Shown: positions 40,252 through 51,160, counted from the stretch's first letter. The stretch: 64,000 nucleotides of DNA from Planctomycetota bacterium (GCA_038227875.1 JBBRPR010000040.1:1-64000); one strand, 5' to 3'. Translations and numbers: made by a program. The notes: generated by a model not told the origin, from the letters alone.

Positions 40252-41871
40252 TTAGTGAACCGCGCCGGCGACCAGATCCTTGCCTTCGCCCTTTTCCTTG
40301 AGCTCCGTCACCATCGTGTCGACCGTCAGGAGCAGGCCGGCCACGGATGCGGCGTTGAGCAGGGCGCTCTTCACCACCTTGGCGGGATCGAAGATGCCGG
40401 ACTTGGCGAGGTCTTCGTATTCACCCGACTTGGCGTTGAAGCCGAAGTTGCCCTTGCCTTCGCGCACGGCTTCGACCACCACGCCGCCGTCATGACCGGC
40501 GTTTTCGGCGATCGTGCGGCAGGGGTATTCGAGGGCCTTGGAGACGATGTCGGCGCCGTACTTCTCATCGCCGCGCAGCTTACCCTTGACCTTCTCGATC
40601 GAGGCCTGGGCGCGGATCAGCGCGACTCCGCCGCCGGGGACAATGCCTTCCTGGGCGGCCGCTTTCGCGGCGTTCACGGCGTCGGTGACGCGTTCCTTGG
40701 CTTCCTTCATTGCGGTTTCCGTCGGAGCGCCCGCGCGGATGACGGCCACGCCGCCAGCCAGCTTGGCCAGGCGTTCCTGGAGCTTTTCCTTGTCGTAATC
40801 GCTGGTCGTCGTTTCGATCTGGTGCTTGATCTGCGCGACGCGAGCGGTGACGTCGGCCTTCTTGCCGGCGCCTTCGATGATCGTGGTGTTTTCCTTGTCG
40901 ATCACGATGCGCTTGGCGCGGCCGAGGTCTGCGACTTCGACGGATTCGAGCTTCAGGCCGAGGTCTTCACTGATGTACTTGCCGCCGGTCATCACGGCAA
41001 TGTCGCCCAGCATCGCCTTGCGGCGGTCGCCGAAGGCGGGAGCCTTGATCGCGGCGCACTTCATCAGTCCGCGGAGCTTGTTGATCACCAGCGCGGCGAG
41101 TGCTTCGCCTTCGAGGTCTTCGGCGATGATGACGAAGGGCTTGCCGGTCTGCACGATCTTTTCCAGCACCGGCAGGAATTCGCGCAGGCTGCTGATCTTC
41201 TTTTCATAGATGAGGATGTACGCGTCTTCCAGTTCGCAGGTCATCGAATCGGGATTGGTGACGAAGTACGGGGAGAGGTAGCCCTTGTCGAAGCGCATGC
41301 CGGTGACGACTTCGATTTCCGTCTCCGTGCCCTTGCCTTCTTCAACGGTGACCACGCCGTCCTTGCCGACCTTTTCCATCGCTTCGGCGATCAGGGCGCC
41401 GATGTGTTCATCGTCGTTGGCGCTGACGGTGGCGACGCGGGTCATGTCCTGCTTGCTGGTGCAGGGCTTGGCCAGCTCGGTGATCGATTCGAGCACGGCT
41501 TCAACGGCCGCGTCGATGCCGCGCTTGATGGCCATCGGGTTGTGGCCGGCGGTGACGAACTTGACGCCTTCGGAGTAGATGGCGCTGGCCAGCGTCGTGG
41601 CGGTGGTGGTGCCGTCGCCGACGACGTCGTTGGTCTTGCTGGCGACCTGGCGGACCATCTGCGCGCCCATGTTTTCAAACGGGTCTTCCAGTTCGACTTC
41701 CTTGGCGACCGTCACGCCGTCGTTGACGACGCCAGGTCCGCCGAAGGACTTCTCGTACGCGACCCAGCGTCCGCCGGGTCCCATCGTGGCCTTGACCACG
41801 CGGGCGAGCTTCTGGACGCCCGCCAGAATCTTCTGCCGCGCTTCATCCGTGTAAAGAAGTTGCTTAGCCAT
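40252..41871 (-). CDS. groL: chaperonin GroEL (second, divergent paralog without GGM tail)
   Basis: [22 protein letters not shown] motifs; 539 aa. Confidence 0.97.
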   Translation of the reverse strand: MAKQLLYTDEARQKILAGVQKLARVVKATMGPGGRWVAYEKSFGGPGVVNDGVTVAKEVELEDPFENMGAQMVRQVASKTNDVVGDGTTTATTLASAIYSEGVKFVTAGHNPMAIKRGIDAAVEAVLESITELAKPCTSKQDMTRVATVSANDDEHIGALIAEAMEKVGKDGVVTVEEGKGTETEIEVVTGMRFDKGYLSPYFVTNPDSMTCELEDAYILIYEKKISSLREFLPVLEKIVQTGKPFVIIAEDLEGEALAALVINKLRGLMKCAAIKAPAFGDRRKAMLGDIAVMTGGKYISEDLGLKLESVEVADLGRAKRIVIDKENTTIIEGAGKKADVTARVAQIKHQIETTTSDYDKEKLQERLAKLAGGVAVIRAGAPTETAMKEAKERVTDAVNAAKAAAQEGIVPGGGVALIRAQASIEKVKGKLRGDEKYGADIVSKALEYPCRTIAENAGHDGGVVVEAVREGKGNFGFNAKSGEYEDLAKSGIFDPAKVVKSALLNAASVAGLLLTVDTMVTELKEKGEGKDLVAGAVH

Positions 41872-41982
41872 GTACCGTCTCCAATGCGATGCTTGAACGA
41901 TCGCTCAATTTTTCGTTAGCCAAGTATCCCGCCGTAGCGGGACTCAAAAATTCAACATTCGACTTTCTTACTTCCACATTGG

Positions 41983-42297
41983 TTACAGCTTGGCGAGCAG
42001 GTCGCTCTCGCGGACGATCAGGACGTCTTCGCCGCTGACCTTCACTTCGGTGCCCGAGTACTTGCCGAAGAGCACGGTGTCGCCGACCTTGACTTCAAGG
42101 GCCGCGCGCTTGCCGTTGTCCAGCAGCTTGCCGGGTCCGACGGCCAGGATTTCGCCGCGCTGCGGCTTTTCCTTGGCGGTGTCGGGCAGCACGATGCCGC
42201 CGGCAGTCTTCTGTTCCGCCTCGAGGCGGCGCAGAACAATGCGGTCGTCGAGCGGCTGCAGGTCGATCTTGACTTTCTTCGCGGTCGCAGTGGCCAT
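41983..42297 (-). CDS. groS: co-chaperonin GroES
   Basis: [42 protein letters not shown]; true start at 42297. Confidence 0.97.
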   Translation of the reverse strand: MATATAKKVKIDLQPLDDRIVLRRLEAEQKTAGGIVLPDTAKEKPQRGEILAVGPGKLLDNGKRAALEVKVGDTVLFGKYSGTEVKVSGEDVLIVRESDLLAKL

Positions 42298-42391
42298 CTT
42301 TAAAACTCCTCCGTAGCAATTCAAAGTGTTGTCAGTTTTTGGAGCGGACTGCGGTCCATACCGCAATCCGCAAAATTCAAAGGCCGGCGTC

Positions 42392-44083
42392 TTACATGCC
42401 CATTCCCATGCCGCCCATACCACCCATTCCGCCCATGCCACCCATCCCGCCCATTCCACCCATGCCCCCGCCGCCGTGATCGTGGCCGTGGCCACCGCCG
42501 GCTTCCTTCTTCTCGGGGATCTTGGCGATCATGCAGTCGCTGGTGAGCAGCAGCGTCGCGACGGACGCGGCGTTCTGGAGCGCGTTCTTGGTGACCTTGG
42601 CCGGATCGATCACGCCGGCCTTGACCAGGTCGGTGTATTCGCCGGTGTCGGCATTGAAGCCGAAGGCTCCCTTGCCGTTGCGGATCTTGTTGGCGACCAC
42701 GCTGCCGTCAAAGCCGGCATTGTGGGCGATGGTGCGGGCCGGGGCTTCCAGCGCCTTGCGGATGATTTCCACGCCGACTTCTTCGCCGGGGGAGACCTTG
42801 ACCTTGTCGAGCACCGCGCCGGCGCGGATCAGCGCGACGCCGCCGCCCGGGACGATGCCGCCTTCGATCGCCGCGCGGGTTGCGTGCAGGGCGTCTTCAA
42901 CGCGAGCCTTCTTTTCCTTCATTTCGCTTTCGGTCGCCGCGCCGACATTGATCTGCGCCACGCCGCTGGCCAGCTTGGCCATGCGCTCCTGGAGCTTTTC
43001 CTTGTCGTAGTCGGAGGTGGTGGTGCCGATTTCCTTCTTGATCTGTTCGATGCGCGCCTGGAGCGACTTGGTGTCGCCGGCGCCTTCGATGATCGTGGTG
43101 TTGTCGGCGTCGATCTTGATCTTCTTGGCGGTGCCGAGGTCGTCGAATTCGACGTCTTCAAGCTTCTTGCCGAGGTCTTCGAAAATCGCGGTGCCGCCGG
43201 TCAGGATCGCGATGTCATCGAGCATGGCCTTGCGACGGTCGCCGAAGCCGGGAGCCTTGACGGCCGCGACGTTGACGATGCCGCGGATCTTGTTGACGAC
43301 CAGGGTCGCCAGCGCTTCGCCTTCGATGTCTTCGGCGATGATCAGGAGCTGCTTATTGGCCTTGCTGATCTTTTCCAGCAGCGGGACCAGTTCGCGGACG
43401 TTGGCGATCTTCTTTTCGTAGATCAAGATGAACGGCTTTTCCATTTCAACGGTCATGGAATCCTGATTGGTGATGAAGTGGGGGCTCAGGTAACCGCGGT
43501 CGAACTGCATGCCTTCGACCACGTTCAGTTCGGTGGTGAGGCTCTTGCCTTCTTCGATCGTAATCACACCGTCGCGGCCGACTTTTTCGAACGCTTCGGA
43601 GATCATCTTGCCGATGGCGGTGTCGCCGTTGGCCGAGATCGTCGCGATCTGTTCGATGTCCGCCTTGCCCTTGACGGGGACGGCGAGGTTGTCGATTTCC
43701 TTGACCAGCGCTTCGACGGCCTTTTCCGCGCCGCGCTTGATGCGGACGGGATTGGCGCCGGCGATGACGTTCTTGAGGCCTTCGAGGTAGATGGCTTCGG
43801 CCAGGACCGTCGCGGTCGTGGTGCCGTCACCGGCGGTATCGGAGGTCTTCGAAGCGACTTCCTTCACCAGCTGGGCGGCCATGTTTTCGTAGGGGTTTTC
43901 GAGTTCGACTTCTTCGGCAACGGTGACGCCGTCCTTGGTGACCGTGGGAGCGCCCCACGACTTGTCGAGCACCGCGTTGCGGCCTCGCGGCCCCAGCGTG
44001 CTCTTGACGGCGCGAGCCAGCTTGGTGATGCCCGCCCGGATGTGTTGGAAAGCTTCTTCATCGAAGGCCAGTTGCTTGGCCAT
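42392..44083 (-). CDS. groL: chaperonin GroEL with His-rich and (GGM)n tail
   Basis: [15 protein letters not shown]-terminal HGHDHGGGG(MGG)n; GGAGG RBS; true start at 44083. Confidence 0.98.
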   Translation of the reverse strand: MAKQLAFDEEAFQHIRAGITKLARAVKSTLGPRGRNAVLDKSWGAPTVTKDGVTVAEEVELENPYENMAAQLVKEVASKTSDTAGDGTTTATVLAEAIYLEGLKNVIAGANPVRIKRGAEKAVEALVKEIDNLAVPVKGKADIEQIATISANGDTAIGKMISEAFEKVGRDGVITIEEGKSLTTELNVVEGMQFDRGYLSPHFITNQDSMTVEMEKPFILIYEKKIANVRELVPLLEKISKANKQLLIIAEDIEGEALATLVVNKIRGIVNVAAVKAPGFGDRRKAMLDDIAILTGGTAIFEDLGKKLEDVEFDDLGTAKKIKIDADNTTIIEGAGDTKSLQARIEQIKKEIGTTTSDYDKEKLQERMAKLASGVAQINVGAATESEMKEKKARVEDALHATRAAIEGGIVPGGGVALIRAGAVLDKVKVSPGEEVGVEIIRKALEAPARTIAHNAGFDGSVVANKIRNGKGAFGFNADTGEYTDLVKAGVIDPAKVTKNALQNAASVATLLLTSDCMIAKIPEKKEAGGGHGHDHGGGGMGGMGGMGGMGGMGGMGGMGMGM

Positions 44084-44147
44084 AGGGTCTTCCTCCGCTG
44101 CGAAAGGTTGCCACGAAAAACTGATCTGCCGCTGATGGGTTGGGTAT

Positions 44148-44169
44148 GCAGGCGGGACGCCCGCACCAC
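44148..44169 (-). repeat. single GTGG-headed REP-like palindrome in the groEL leader
   Basis: GTGGTGCGGGCGTCCCGCCTGC on the minus strand. Confidence 0.55.
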
Positions 44170-44404
44170 AATTTTGACCCCAAAAGCTTTCGGCGCGAAC
44201 TACAATAACAAAGGGTGTGCCCACTTGCGCATTCGACTTTTATACTCATAATTTTATGTCCTGATTGACTTTAAAAATATGACGAAGGTGACTTGGAAAT
44301 CATGCACCTTGCAGAATGGTTCAATGTGACGTGGTGCTTTGGCGGGGGCTAGCGTCAAAAAATCCGGGCATACAGGGTTCGTATAACGATTGTCCGCACA
44401 TGGA

Positions 44405-44566
44405 GCATTGACGGATCGGGCGTCTGGTATCGGTCGTTGGCAAGCGCTGCTGGCTTTCGACGCTCAGTCTTGTTGCTTGTTGGTTTTGGTTTCAATCTCC
44501 TGATGAGCGAGTTCCGAGAAGCAGTGCCTTCCTAACGACCGATGCCTGATGCCCGATCCCCGATGC
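44405..44566 (+). ncRNA. candidate structured RNA: 162-nt long imperfect hairpin
   Basis: ggatcgggcgtctggtatcggtcgtt pairs with aacgaccgatgcctgatgcccgatcc; inner stems gcgctgct/agcagtgc and cgctca/tgagcg; mismatches read as G-U on the + strand. Confidence 0.35.
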
Positions 44567-44581
44567 CATCTGTCCGGGCAC

Positions 44582-45901
44582 TTACTTCTTCTTCTCGTCG
44601 AACGAGGAGCTCAAGATCAGCGTCATCAGCAGGTCTTCGGCCTTTTCGCCGGCGCGGTGGATTTTCAGGGTGAGCTTTTCTCCGGCCAGCAGATCCAGGC
44701 CGGCGATGTTCTTACGCCATTCCAGCCAGTTGGGGGTGGGCTTGCCGTTCCATTCGATGATCGTGTCGCCGGGTTTGAGACCCGCCAGTTCGGCGGCGAG
44801 CTTGGGATGAATCTTGTCGACGACCAGCGAATCGGCCAACGAGCTGCGCTTGAATTCCAGGCCCAGCGTGCCGGGGTTGAGCGTCTCCAATGTGGCTTTG
44901 AGAATCTTGCTCTGCCCGCCACGATCCACTTTGAGGCTCAGTTCCGAGCCGCCGGGATACGTGCCGACCACACCGAGGTAGCGGGCGAAGTTGAAGAGCT
45001 TGTAGTTTTCAATGCCGGTGATGCGGTCGCCTTTGAGCAGGCCGATCTTTTCGGCCAGCGTGCCGGCGCGGACGTCTTTGACTTCGGCGCCATTCTGCAT
45101 CGTTTCGTTCTCGTCGCCTTCGCCGACCACGCCGCGGATCATGCCGTGGTAGACGCGGCCGCCGTTGGCGGTTTTCAAGGTGGGGAGGAAGCGCTGGATC
45201 TGCACGGCGGGAATCGCGATGCCGATGCCGGTGTTGGCCTTGGCGCCGTAGCGCGTGTTGATGCGGCCGTTGATGCCGGCGAGCTTGCCGTCGAGCGTCA
45301 GGAGCGGGCCGCCGGAGTTGCCGGGGTTGATCGGCGCGTCGGTCTGGATGGCATCGGAATACGCACCCTGAAAGCTGTGGACGGCGGAGATGATTCCTTC
45401 CGTCACGGTCGGTTCACCGGCGATTTCAGCGGTGGCGAAGGGATTGCCGATGGCGATCACCTGCTGCCCGACAAAGAGCTTGTCGGAGTCGGCGAATTCC
45501 ACGAAGGGCAGGTCCTTGGCGTTCTGAATCTGAAGCAGCGTGATGTCGCCGACGGGGTCGGTGCCGAGGACGTTGGCGGTGTAGATCTTCTGGCCGATGC
45601 GCACGGGCCACTTCTTGCTGTCGGTGGCGACGTGGTCGTTGGTGAGCATCAGACCGTCGGGGCTGATCACGACGCCGGAGCCGCCGCCGATGAAGACGTA
45701 GGCGGGGACAAATTTCTTGATCGTCGCCGCCAGCGAGGATTCGACCTTGCGCGCTTCCAGCACGATCGCCGAGGGCGGCTTGGCGCTGGCGCTGGCGGTT
45801 GAGATTGGGGCTGAGTTGGGGTCCGAGACCGCCGCGGCAAACGTCCGCGAACCGCCGAGCACCAGCAGAGCCAGCACGACCACCCACCGATTCAAGCGCA
45901 T
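44582..45901 (-). CDS. HtrA/DegP-like serine protease with two PDZ domains
   Basis: signal peptide; TNDHV, DITLL, QTDAPINPGNSGGPL. Confidence 0.92.
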   Translation of the reverse strand: MRLNRWVVVLALLVLGGSRTFAAAVSDPNSAPISTASASAKPPSAIVLEARKVESSLAATIKKFVPAYVFIGGGSGVVISPDGLMLTNDHVATDSKKWPVRIGQKIYTANVLGTDPVGDITLLQIQNAKDLPFVEFADSDKLFVGQQVIAIGNPFATAEIAGEPTVTEGIISAVHSFQGAYSDAIQTDAPINPGNSGGPLLTLDGKLAGINGRINTRYGAKANTGIGIAIPAVQIQRFLPTLKTANGGRVYHGMIRGVVGEGDENETMQNGAEVKDVRAGTLAEKIGLLKGDRITGIENYKLFNFARYLGVVGTYPGGSELSLKVDRGGQSKILKATLETLNPGTLGLEFKRSSLADSLVVDKIHPKLAAELAGLKPGDTIIEWNGKPTPNWLEWRKNIAGLDLLAGEKLTLKIHRAGEKAEDLLMTLILSSSFDEKKK

Positions 45902-45969
45902 GTCTGATTCCTTTCAACCGGGCAATTCACCCGCGCTACTCCTGCCTGCTGCCTGTTACTTTCTGGCGC

Positions 45970-47742
45970 CTACTCGCGTGCGGCCAGCTTGAACTCAAAG
46001 AGCATCTCCTTGTCGGCACGCTTGACTTTAAGCTTCACCGTCTCACCGGGCTTCTTGGACTGCAGCGCTACCAGGAGAGACGGCCAGTCGTCGATCTGCT
46101 TCGCATCGAATCCGATAATGACGTCGCCGGCGAGCACTCCGGCCGCGCCCGCGGGATCCTTGGCCGGCGCGTTGCGAATGCGCGCGCCTTTGACATCCGG
46201 AGCGGGATCGGCTTCGATGCCCATTTGGGGATGCTGGGGGTGTTCGACCTTCTTGCCGGCTTTGAGGTCGGGGACGATCTTGACGATCCGTTCGGCGTTG
46301 AGCATGAAGCCGACGCCGCAGTTCTGCCGCCACGGGGTTTTTTCGTTGAGGCGCACCGCCATGCCGACCACCTTGCCGGTCAGGTCCATCACCGGGCCGC
46401 CGAGGTTGCCGTAGTCGATCAGCGCGCTGATCTGCAGGCAGGTGTCTTCGACGCGCCCCGCGCCGCTGACGGTGCCGGCGTTGAGCGTGATGCGGCCGGG
46501 CGGTTCGCTGCGGCCGAGCACCGCGACCATCGCGCCCTGGGCGAGCTTGGGCAGCGAGAATTCGACGGGTTTGAGTTTCATCGCCGGCGTCGCGTCGAAC
46601 TTTACAACCGCCGCGTCGAAGAAATCGTCCTTGCCCAGCACCTTGGCTTCGACGCGCGTGCCGTCAGGGAGGTAGATGAAGACGTTCTTGAGATTTCCAG
46701 TCAGGATGGAGGCCGAGGTGAGAACCGTGCCGTCGGCGTCGACGATGAATCCCGCGCTGGCCGAGGCGGTGGGGCGCTTGGCTTCGAAATGGGCGCGCTC
46801 TTCGCTTTCGGGGTAGGCGTCGTGCGGATTGAGTTCCACGCCGCCGCGTTTTTCCGGCGCGCCTTCATCGCCTTCGAAGACCGGCCAGACGGCGACAGTG
46901 GAGGCCGCGACGACGTCGTGAAGTTCACCGAAGGCCAGGCGTTCGGCCCAGATGTCGGCGCGCGTGCCGGTCAGCGTGGGCGGCAAGGCCATGGGAAGCT
47001 TTTTCAGATCGGGGAGCGCTTCGGCCAGGCGGGCGATGGGGATGGCGACGCCCAGCCAGCGCGAGCGCGAGAAGCCCAGGGACATGATGCCGACCAGATT
47101 GCCATCGGCATCGGTCAGCGCGCCGCCGTCGGAACCGGGATTGACCGCCGCGTCCGTTTCGATCACCGGCCCGATATAGCGGCTCTGGTTGTCGACGCTG
47201 CTCAGGTCGTAAATCCCGCTGATCGCGCCGGTGCTGAGCGAGACCATGCCGTCGCGCTGGATGCTGGAGTGCGGGTTGCCCCAGGAATAGACCGGCTGCC
47301 CGACGGTGCATTTGGTGGTATCGGCCAGCTTCATGTAGGGGAGGCTCTTGCCGTCGACTTTCAGCAGCACGCCTTCGGACTTGAGATCAAACTGCTTCAT
47401 CTCCGCGGGAAGGATCTTGCCGTCCGTGAAGTAGATCTTGATGGCCGTGGCGTCCTGGGGGATCACGGTGACGTCGGTTAGAATCATGCCATCGGCGGAG
47501 ATGACTTCGCCGGTGCCGTAGAACTGGCCCGGGCCACCCATGGGCGTCTTGCCGCTGCAGATGATGCCGACGACGGCGGGCGCGAGCTTCTTGTAGATGT
47601 CGACATGGGCCGTTTCGGCGGGCTGGAGAATGGCTGGAATCGGCTGGGTTTGCGAGGCGGCGAAGGCCAGCGAGCCGGACAGCGAAGCCAGAGCGAAGCA
47701 GGACAGGGTGCGAAGCGAAGTGAGCAGGTGTGCGATCGGCAT
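45970..47742 (-). CDS. HtrA-like protein with two catalytically degenerate protease domains + PDZ
   Basis: domain 1 LTDVTV and NPGSDGGAL; domain 2 LTSASI and DYGNLGGPV; no catalytic His or Ser at the canonical positions. Confidence 0.85.
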   Translation of the reverse strand: MPIAHLLTSLRTLSCFALASLSGSLAFAASQTQPIPAILQPAETAHVDIYKKLAPAVVGIICSGKTPMGGPGQFYGTGEVISADGMILTDVTVIPQDATAIKIYFTDGKILPAEMKQFDLKSEGVLLKVDGKSLPYMKLADTTKCTVGQPVYSWGNPHSSIQRDGMVSLSTGAISGIYDLSSVDNQSRYIGPVIETDAAVNPGSDGGALTDADGNLVGIMSLGFSRSRWLGVAIPIARLAEALPDLKKLPMALPPTLTGTRADIWAERLAFGELHDVVAASTVAVWPVFEGDEGAPEKRGGVELNPHDAYPESEERAHFEAKRPTASASAGFIVDADGTVLTSASILTGNLKNVFIYLPDGTRVEAKVLGKDDFFDAAVVKFDATPAMKLKPVEFSLPKLAQGAMVAVLGRSEPPGRITLNAGTVSGAGRVEDTCLQISALIDYGNLGGPVMDLTGKVVGMAVRLNEKTPWRQNCGVGFMLNAERIVKIVPDLKAGKKVEHPQHPQMGIEADPAPDVKGARIRNAPAKDPAGAAGVLAGDVIIGFDAKQIDDWPSLLVALQSKKPGETVKLKVKRADKEMLFEFKLAARE

Positions 47743-47842
47743 GAGATCCCCGTTGGAGGAACTGGAAGGACTGTAAGTCTATGTACACCTAAGACGCAAC
47801 TGTGAAACTCAATGGGGAAGAAATGTTGAGTAGATGTGCGAT

Positions 47843-47870
47843 AATGTTACGGAATGTTACCAAATGTTAC
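47843..47870. promoter_or_regulatory. three AATGTTAC direct repeats at 10-bp period
   Basis: aatgttac ggaatgttac caaatgttac; reverse complement of the motif at 9718. Confidence 0.5.
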
Positions 47871-48140
47871 AGTGGCGGGGGCTCCTTTCTCGGTGCACCT
47901 AGGGCAGAAAAGGCGCTCGTGCGTGGGCGAAATCAGTGCGGCTAACGGTCGGGGCTTTGTGCGTGTGCATGTTGGCGTCCTCGGAATGAGTGTGCTTGAT
48001 CAATCAGAATCAGTCCGGCTAAAAGTGGTCGGTACTGCCACGAACTACGCCGTGCGGCGGCTCCCGACAATTTTGGGCGGACGGGAAGTTGGGTATTGAA
48101 GGCCACTGGTTGGCACGTTGACGGAGCGTCGGATATTTTC

Positions 48141-48563
48141 CTATAGTATTAAGCAACTCTCGAGACCTAAAGTCAAGTGTTATTTCTAATTTTAATAAAA
48201 AAGTTTTTATAATACAGGATGTGCATGAGGCGCACGGGGTGCGTCCTGGTCTCGGGCTTTCGCCGGCGGGTCGCGGCCCGTTCTTTTGCGTTCTATGGGG
48301 CTGCGGGCGAGTGGGAGGGTCATTTGGGCTTCTGCATCGGATTGGTGATGCGGGATCGTTTAGAGGCGCCTGGGACGCGAATTTGAGGGCATGCTGAAAA
48401 ATTGCGGCTTGGGAGTTGGACGGTTGAGACGGACGATACCGAACTGACGCGCATGCATATTTCTCTATATATCTATGCGGTCGAGAAACTCAAGAATCAA
48501 GTGTTTTCTTTAATTTTAGTAAAAAAGATTTTATAATACGTGATGTGCAGCAGTGCACGGGGT
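48141..48563. repeat. two diverged AT-rich ~100-bp direct repeats (about 324-bp period)
   Basis: tcaagtgtt...taatttta.taaaaaag.ttttataatac..gatgtgca...gcacggggt at 48173-48240 and 48497-48563. Confidence 0.75.
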
Positions 48564-48843
48564 GTCGGGCGAGTCGTGTGTGAACGGGTTCTCCTTTCTT
48601 TCACGCAAAGCCGCAAAGGGCGCAAAGAACGACCGGGAACATTGGGGGAGCGGGGCTTTGGGCCAGCTGTCCCGATTCAGGTCAGCGAAAGGTCGGCGGC
48701 GGCGCGGTGGTCCGGTCGCATTCTGGCGTTGGGAAAGTGGCGATGCTGCATAGAATTACGGTTCTGATTATTCGCGTCCCGTTTCTTCTATTGCTCGACA
48801 CCTGCGTCGACAAGCCCTCAAGACCACGAGGTAGGACTTAATA

Positions 48844-49239
48844 ATGAAGTCTGAACTGAGACTACCCAAGGCTTTCCCTGCTGCTTTAGCAGAGCGCGCC
48901 TTTCAAGTCGGGTACATGACTTGGCCAGCGTGGACTATTACCGATGGGGTCGGAGCAATTGAAGCGTATCGGTCGCTTTCGTTGGCCGTCATTGGTGGAA
49001 ATCTTGCTGTTCGAACCGCTAGCGATACACAAACGCATTACACCACCGATCAGGGAGACTACGCCTACTGCTTCGACATCACGCAGGACGAGAACGAATG
49101 TTGGTCGGACTTTGTGCATCGTAGTTGCGAAGAATCCTCACGACATCTCAGCGAGTTTAAACCGTCCTATCCAATTATTGACGCCGAGCCGTACACAGTG
49201 GGCTTCATGTTGATTTGGATGGCGCAGGATTCCGTGTAA
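48844..49239 (+). CDS. Imm40-like orphan immunity protein
   Basis: AW...AI...LAVIGG...E.WSDFVHRS pattern; AGGA RBS. Confidence 0.55.
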   Translation: MKSELRLPKAFPAALAERAFQVGYMTWPAWTITDGVGAIEAYRSLSLAVIGGNLAVRTASDTQTHYTTDQGDYAYCFDITQDENECWSDFVHRSCEESSRHLSEFKPSYPIIDAEPYTVGFMLIWMAQDSV

Positions 49240-49316
49240 GGAGCCTCTTTCCAGGAGCGCATCTCAACCAGCGCCACCAGCGCCGCCGCTGTATGTAGTT
49301 AGACGCCGTTGAAGCA

Positions 49317-49399
49317 TTTTTCCAGGGCGGCGGAGCAGCGACGCATGCGCGTTTGCCGGCAAGCCCTGACTGACGACCGACAACTTTTCGCCGGATGGA
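49317..49399. repeat. inverted partial family A element joined to the 23-bp motif
   Basis: reverse complement matches 3446-3506 (acgcgcatgcgtcg...gccctggaaaaa), directly adjacent to ccgacaacttttcgccggatgga. Confidence 0.7.
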
Positions 49400-49461
49400 T
49401 CTAACCTCGTTTATCAATTCCGAACGCCCGTGTGCTGGCTAACGCGCCGAGCTCCCACGCA

Positions 49462-50805
49462 TCAACGCCCCGTCGCGGGCAGCCACTTCATGTCATACAC
49501 CCAGCCGTTGATCAGCCGGAATTTGTGCCGGGCTTCGCCGTCGACGAGGATGGGGTTATCCCCGTTTTCCTTGACGAAATGCGCGTTGGATTGGGAATAG
49601 TACGCGGCCCATTTTCCGTCGGGCGAAAGCTCCAGTGCGGTCGGCGACGTACCGCGCTCGTCGTCCAGATCGACAATCGGGTAAGCCTCTCCAGCGTAGT
49701 AAAGTTTCTGGCCGTCCCGTTCGAAAAGGCCGAACTTGCGCGGTCCCGCGGGTTCCTTTTTGGATTGATTCTCACGCCTTCCGTAGGAGGGCAGGATGGT
49801 GTTGAATTGTTTTACTTCCCGGATCCTCTTTCCCGTGGCGGCGTCGACGTCCACGGACTGCTCGAAGCCTTCCACTTTGTCCCGGCCGACCGTGCGCGTC
49901 ACGATGGACTCCAGAAAACTCAAGGTATCGTTATCTTTCCAGGAGAATTGCAGCCGCGGAATCGAACTGGAGACCGGATCGCTGCCGACATAAATCTGCT
50001 TCTGTTCGAAGAGGCTCTTGCCGCTGTCCACGTCCACGATCAGCAGGTCACGCTTGTAAAAGAAATGGTTTCGCGGCACGGCGCTCATGGCGAGCCGTTT
50101 ACCGTCGGGCGAAAACCGGGGATGAATCAGCGTCGTGACCCAGTCTTCCGGCAGCGTCATGATCTTCCGGTTCTTCGAATCCGATTTCGAAACCTGCCAG
50201 ATCTCGCGCGCCGCGGTGACGACCCAGATGTCTTTTTCCGTCACGGAAAGAATGGTTTCGATGCCGTCGTCCAGGATCTGGCGAGGGGCTTCGTCGGTGG
50301 AGACGTCGATCCTATAAAGGTGGAGTAATGCGGTCTGGGTGGGGACCACCTTTTCATCGTTGGGATCGTCGGGCGAGGTTGCCAATTTGTGCCCCGAGTC
50401 GCCCGCTTGAACTACCTCGACGAAGAAAATGACCGGGCCGTCCGATGCCACGTAGTCGGTTTTCTTTTCGCCGAGCAGCGGCCTGTCTTTTCCCGACGCG
50501 AGGTCCACGGCGTAGAGGCCGGCGCGTTGATAGTAATCAATCAGGAGCGTGTTGCGCAGCGGCCGGGCGAGGACTGAGAGAGTTCCATCCCGGGGCGGCA
50601 CGAGGTGAGGCGTGGTCGAGGTCCTGGGGTCGACGACGTAGAGCGCTTCGATCCGCCCCTGGGGATTGGGCCCGATGCTGGCCGCGTCGGCCGCGGATGC
50701 TTCCGGATGCGTGAAGACCAGCAGCGGTCCGTCGCTGACTTCCAGCGCGTGCGCGCCACTGGCGAGCAGCGCTAACCCAATGAGCGTGAGAATCGAGCGA
50801 TTCAT
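49462..50805 (-). CDS. secreted TolB/WD40-like beta-propeller protein
   Basis: signal peptide; FSPDGKRLA and LSPDGKWAA repeats. Confidence 0.75.
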   Translation of the reverse strand: MNRSILTLIGLALLASGAHALEVSDGPLLVFTHPEASAADAASIGPNPQGRIEALYVVDPRTSTTPHLVPPRDGTLSVLARPLRNTLLIDYYQRAGLYAVDLASGKDRPLLGEKKTDYVASDGPVIFFVEVVQAGDSGHKLATSPDDPNDEKVVPTQTALLHLYRIDVSTDEAPRQILDDGIETILSVTEKDIWVVTAAREIWQVSKSDSKNRKIMTLPEDWVTTLIHPRFSPDGKRLAMSAVPRNHFFYKRDLLIVDVDSGKSLFEQKQIYVGSDPVSSSIPRLQFSWKDNDTLSFLESIVTRTVGRDKVEGFEQSVDVDAATGKRIREVKQFNTILPSYGRRENQSKKEPAGPRKFGLFERDGQKLYYAGEAYPIVDLDDERGTSPTALELSPDGKWAAYYSQSNAHFVKENGDNPILVDGEARHKFRLINGWVYDMKWLPATGR

Positions 50806-50956
50806 AGGGAACTCCCGAAGGGTGCGCGTCACCCGATGACTCCCCAGAGGATAAAATTACGGGTCGCGACATTCGATTCTAGAGTGTCGGGCGAAACACT
50901 CCAGATTTGAATGGCGGCTTTTCTTCGGTGCAAAACGCTATGCGCGCGTCCCGTGT

Positions 50957-51160
50957 CGTTGGACCCAACGGGTCCATTTATGTCAGCGAAGGGCAAGCCG
51001 GGGCGACGCGTATGCGGCGGCCCGGCGCAGCCCTGGAAATGCACGTGATTTCGGGGATGTCCTGAAGGGACATTTAGACGTCAACCCGTTGGCGGCGCGT
51101 TTTAAATTGTCCTTTCAGGACAATTCGAAGGCGGGGTGCAATTTTCCAGGGCGGCGGAGC
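50957..51160. repeat. family A element plus an inverted partial copy (REPIN-like doublet)
   Basis: 50957-51078 matches 3423-3547; 51102-51160 carries inverted TGTCCTTTCAGGACA and TTTTCCAGGGC. Confidence 0.85.

Noticed and set aside
42298..42495. Long N-terminal extensions of groES (and of groEL to 44224) in the ORF track
   Set aside because: These are upstream alternative starts; RBS position and homology place the starts at 42297 and 44083.
44084..44400. CIRCE operator or sigma54 promoter upstream of groEL
   Set aside because: No TTAGCACTC-N9-GAGTGCTAA was found; the GGCAC..TTTGT candidate near 44209-44223 lacks the -12 GC.
48602..48627. CGCAAAG triple repeat
   Set aside because: A short isolated micro-repeat with no associated gene; it adds nothing beyond the other repeat findings.
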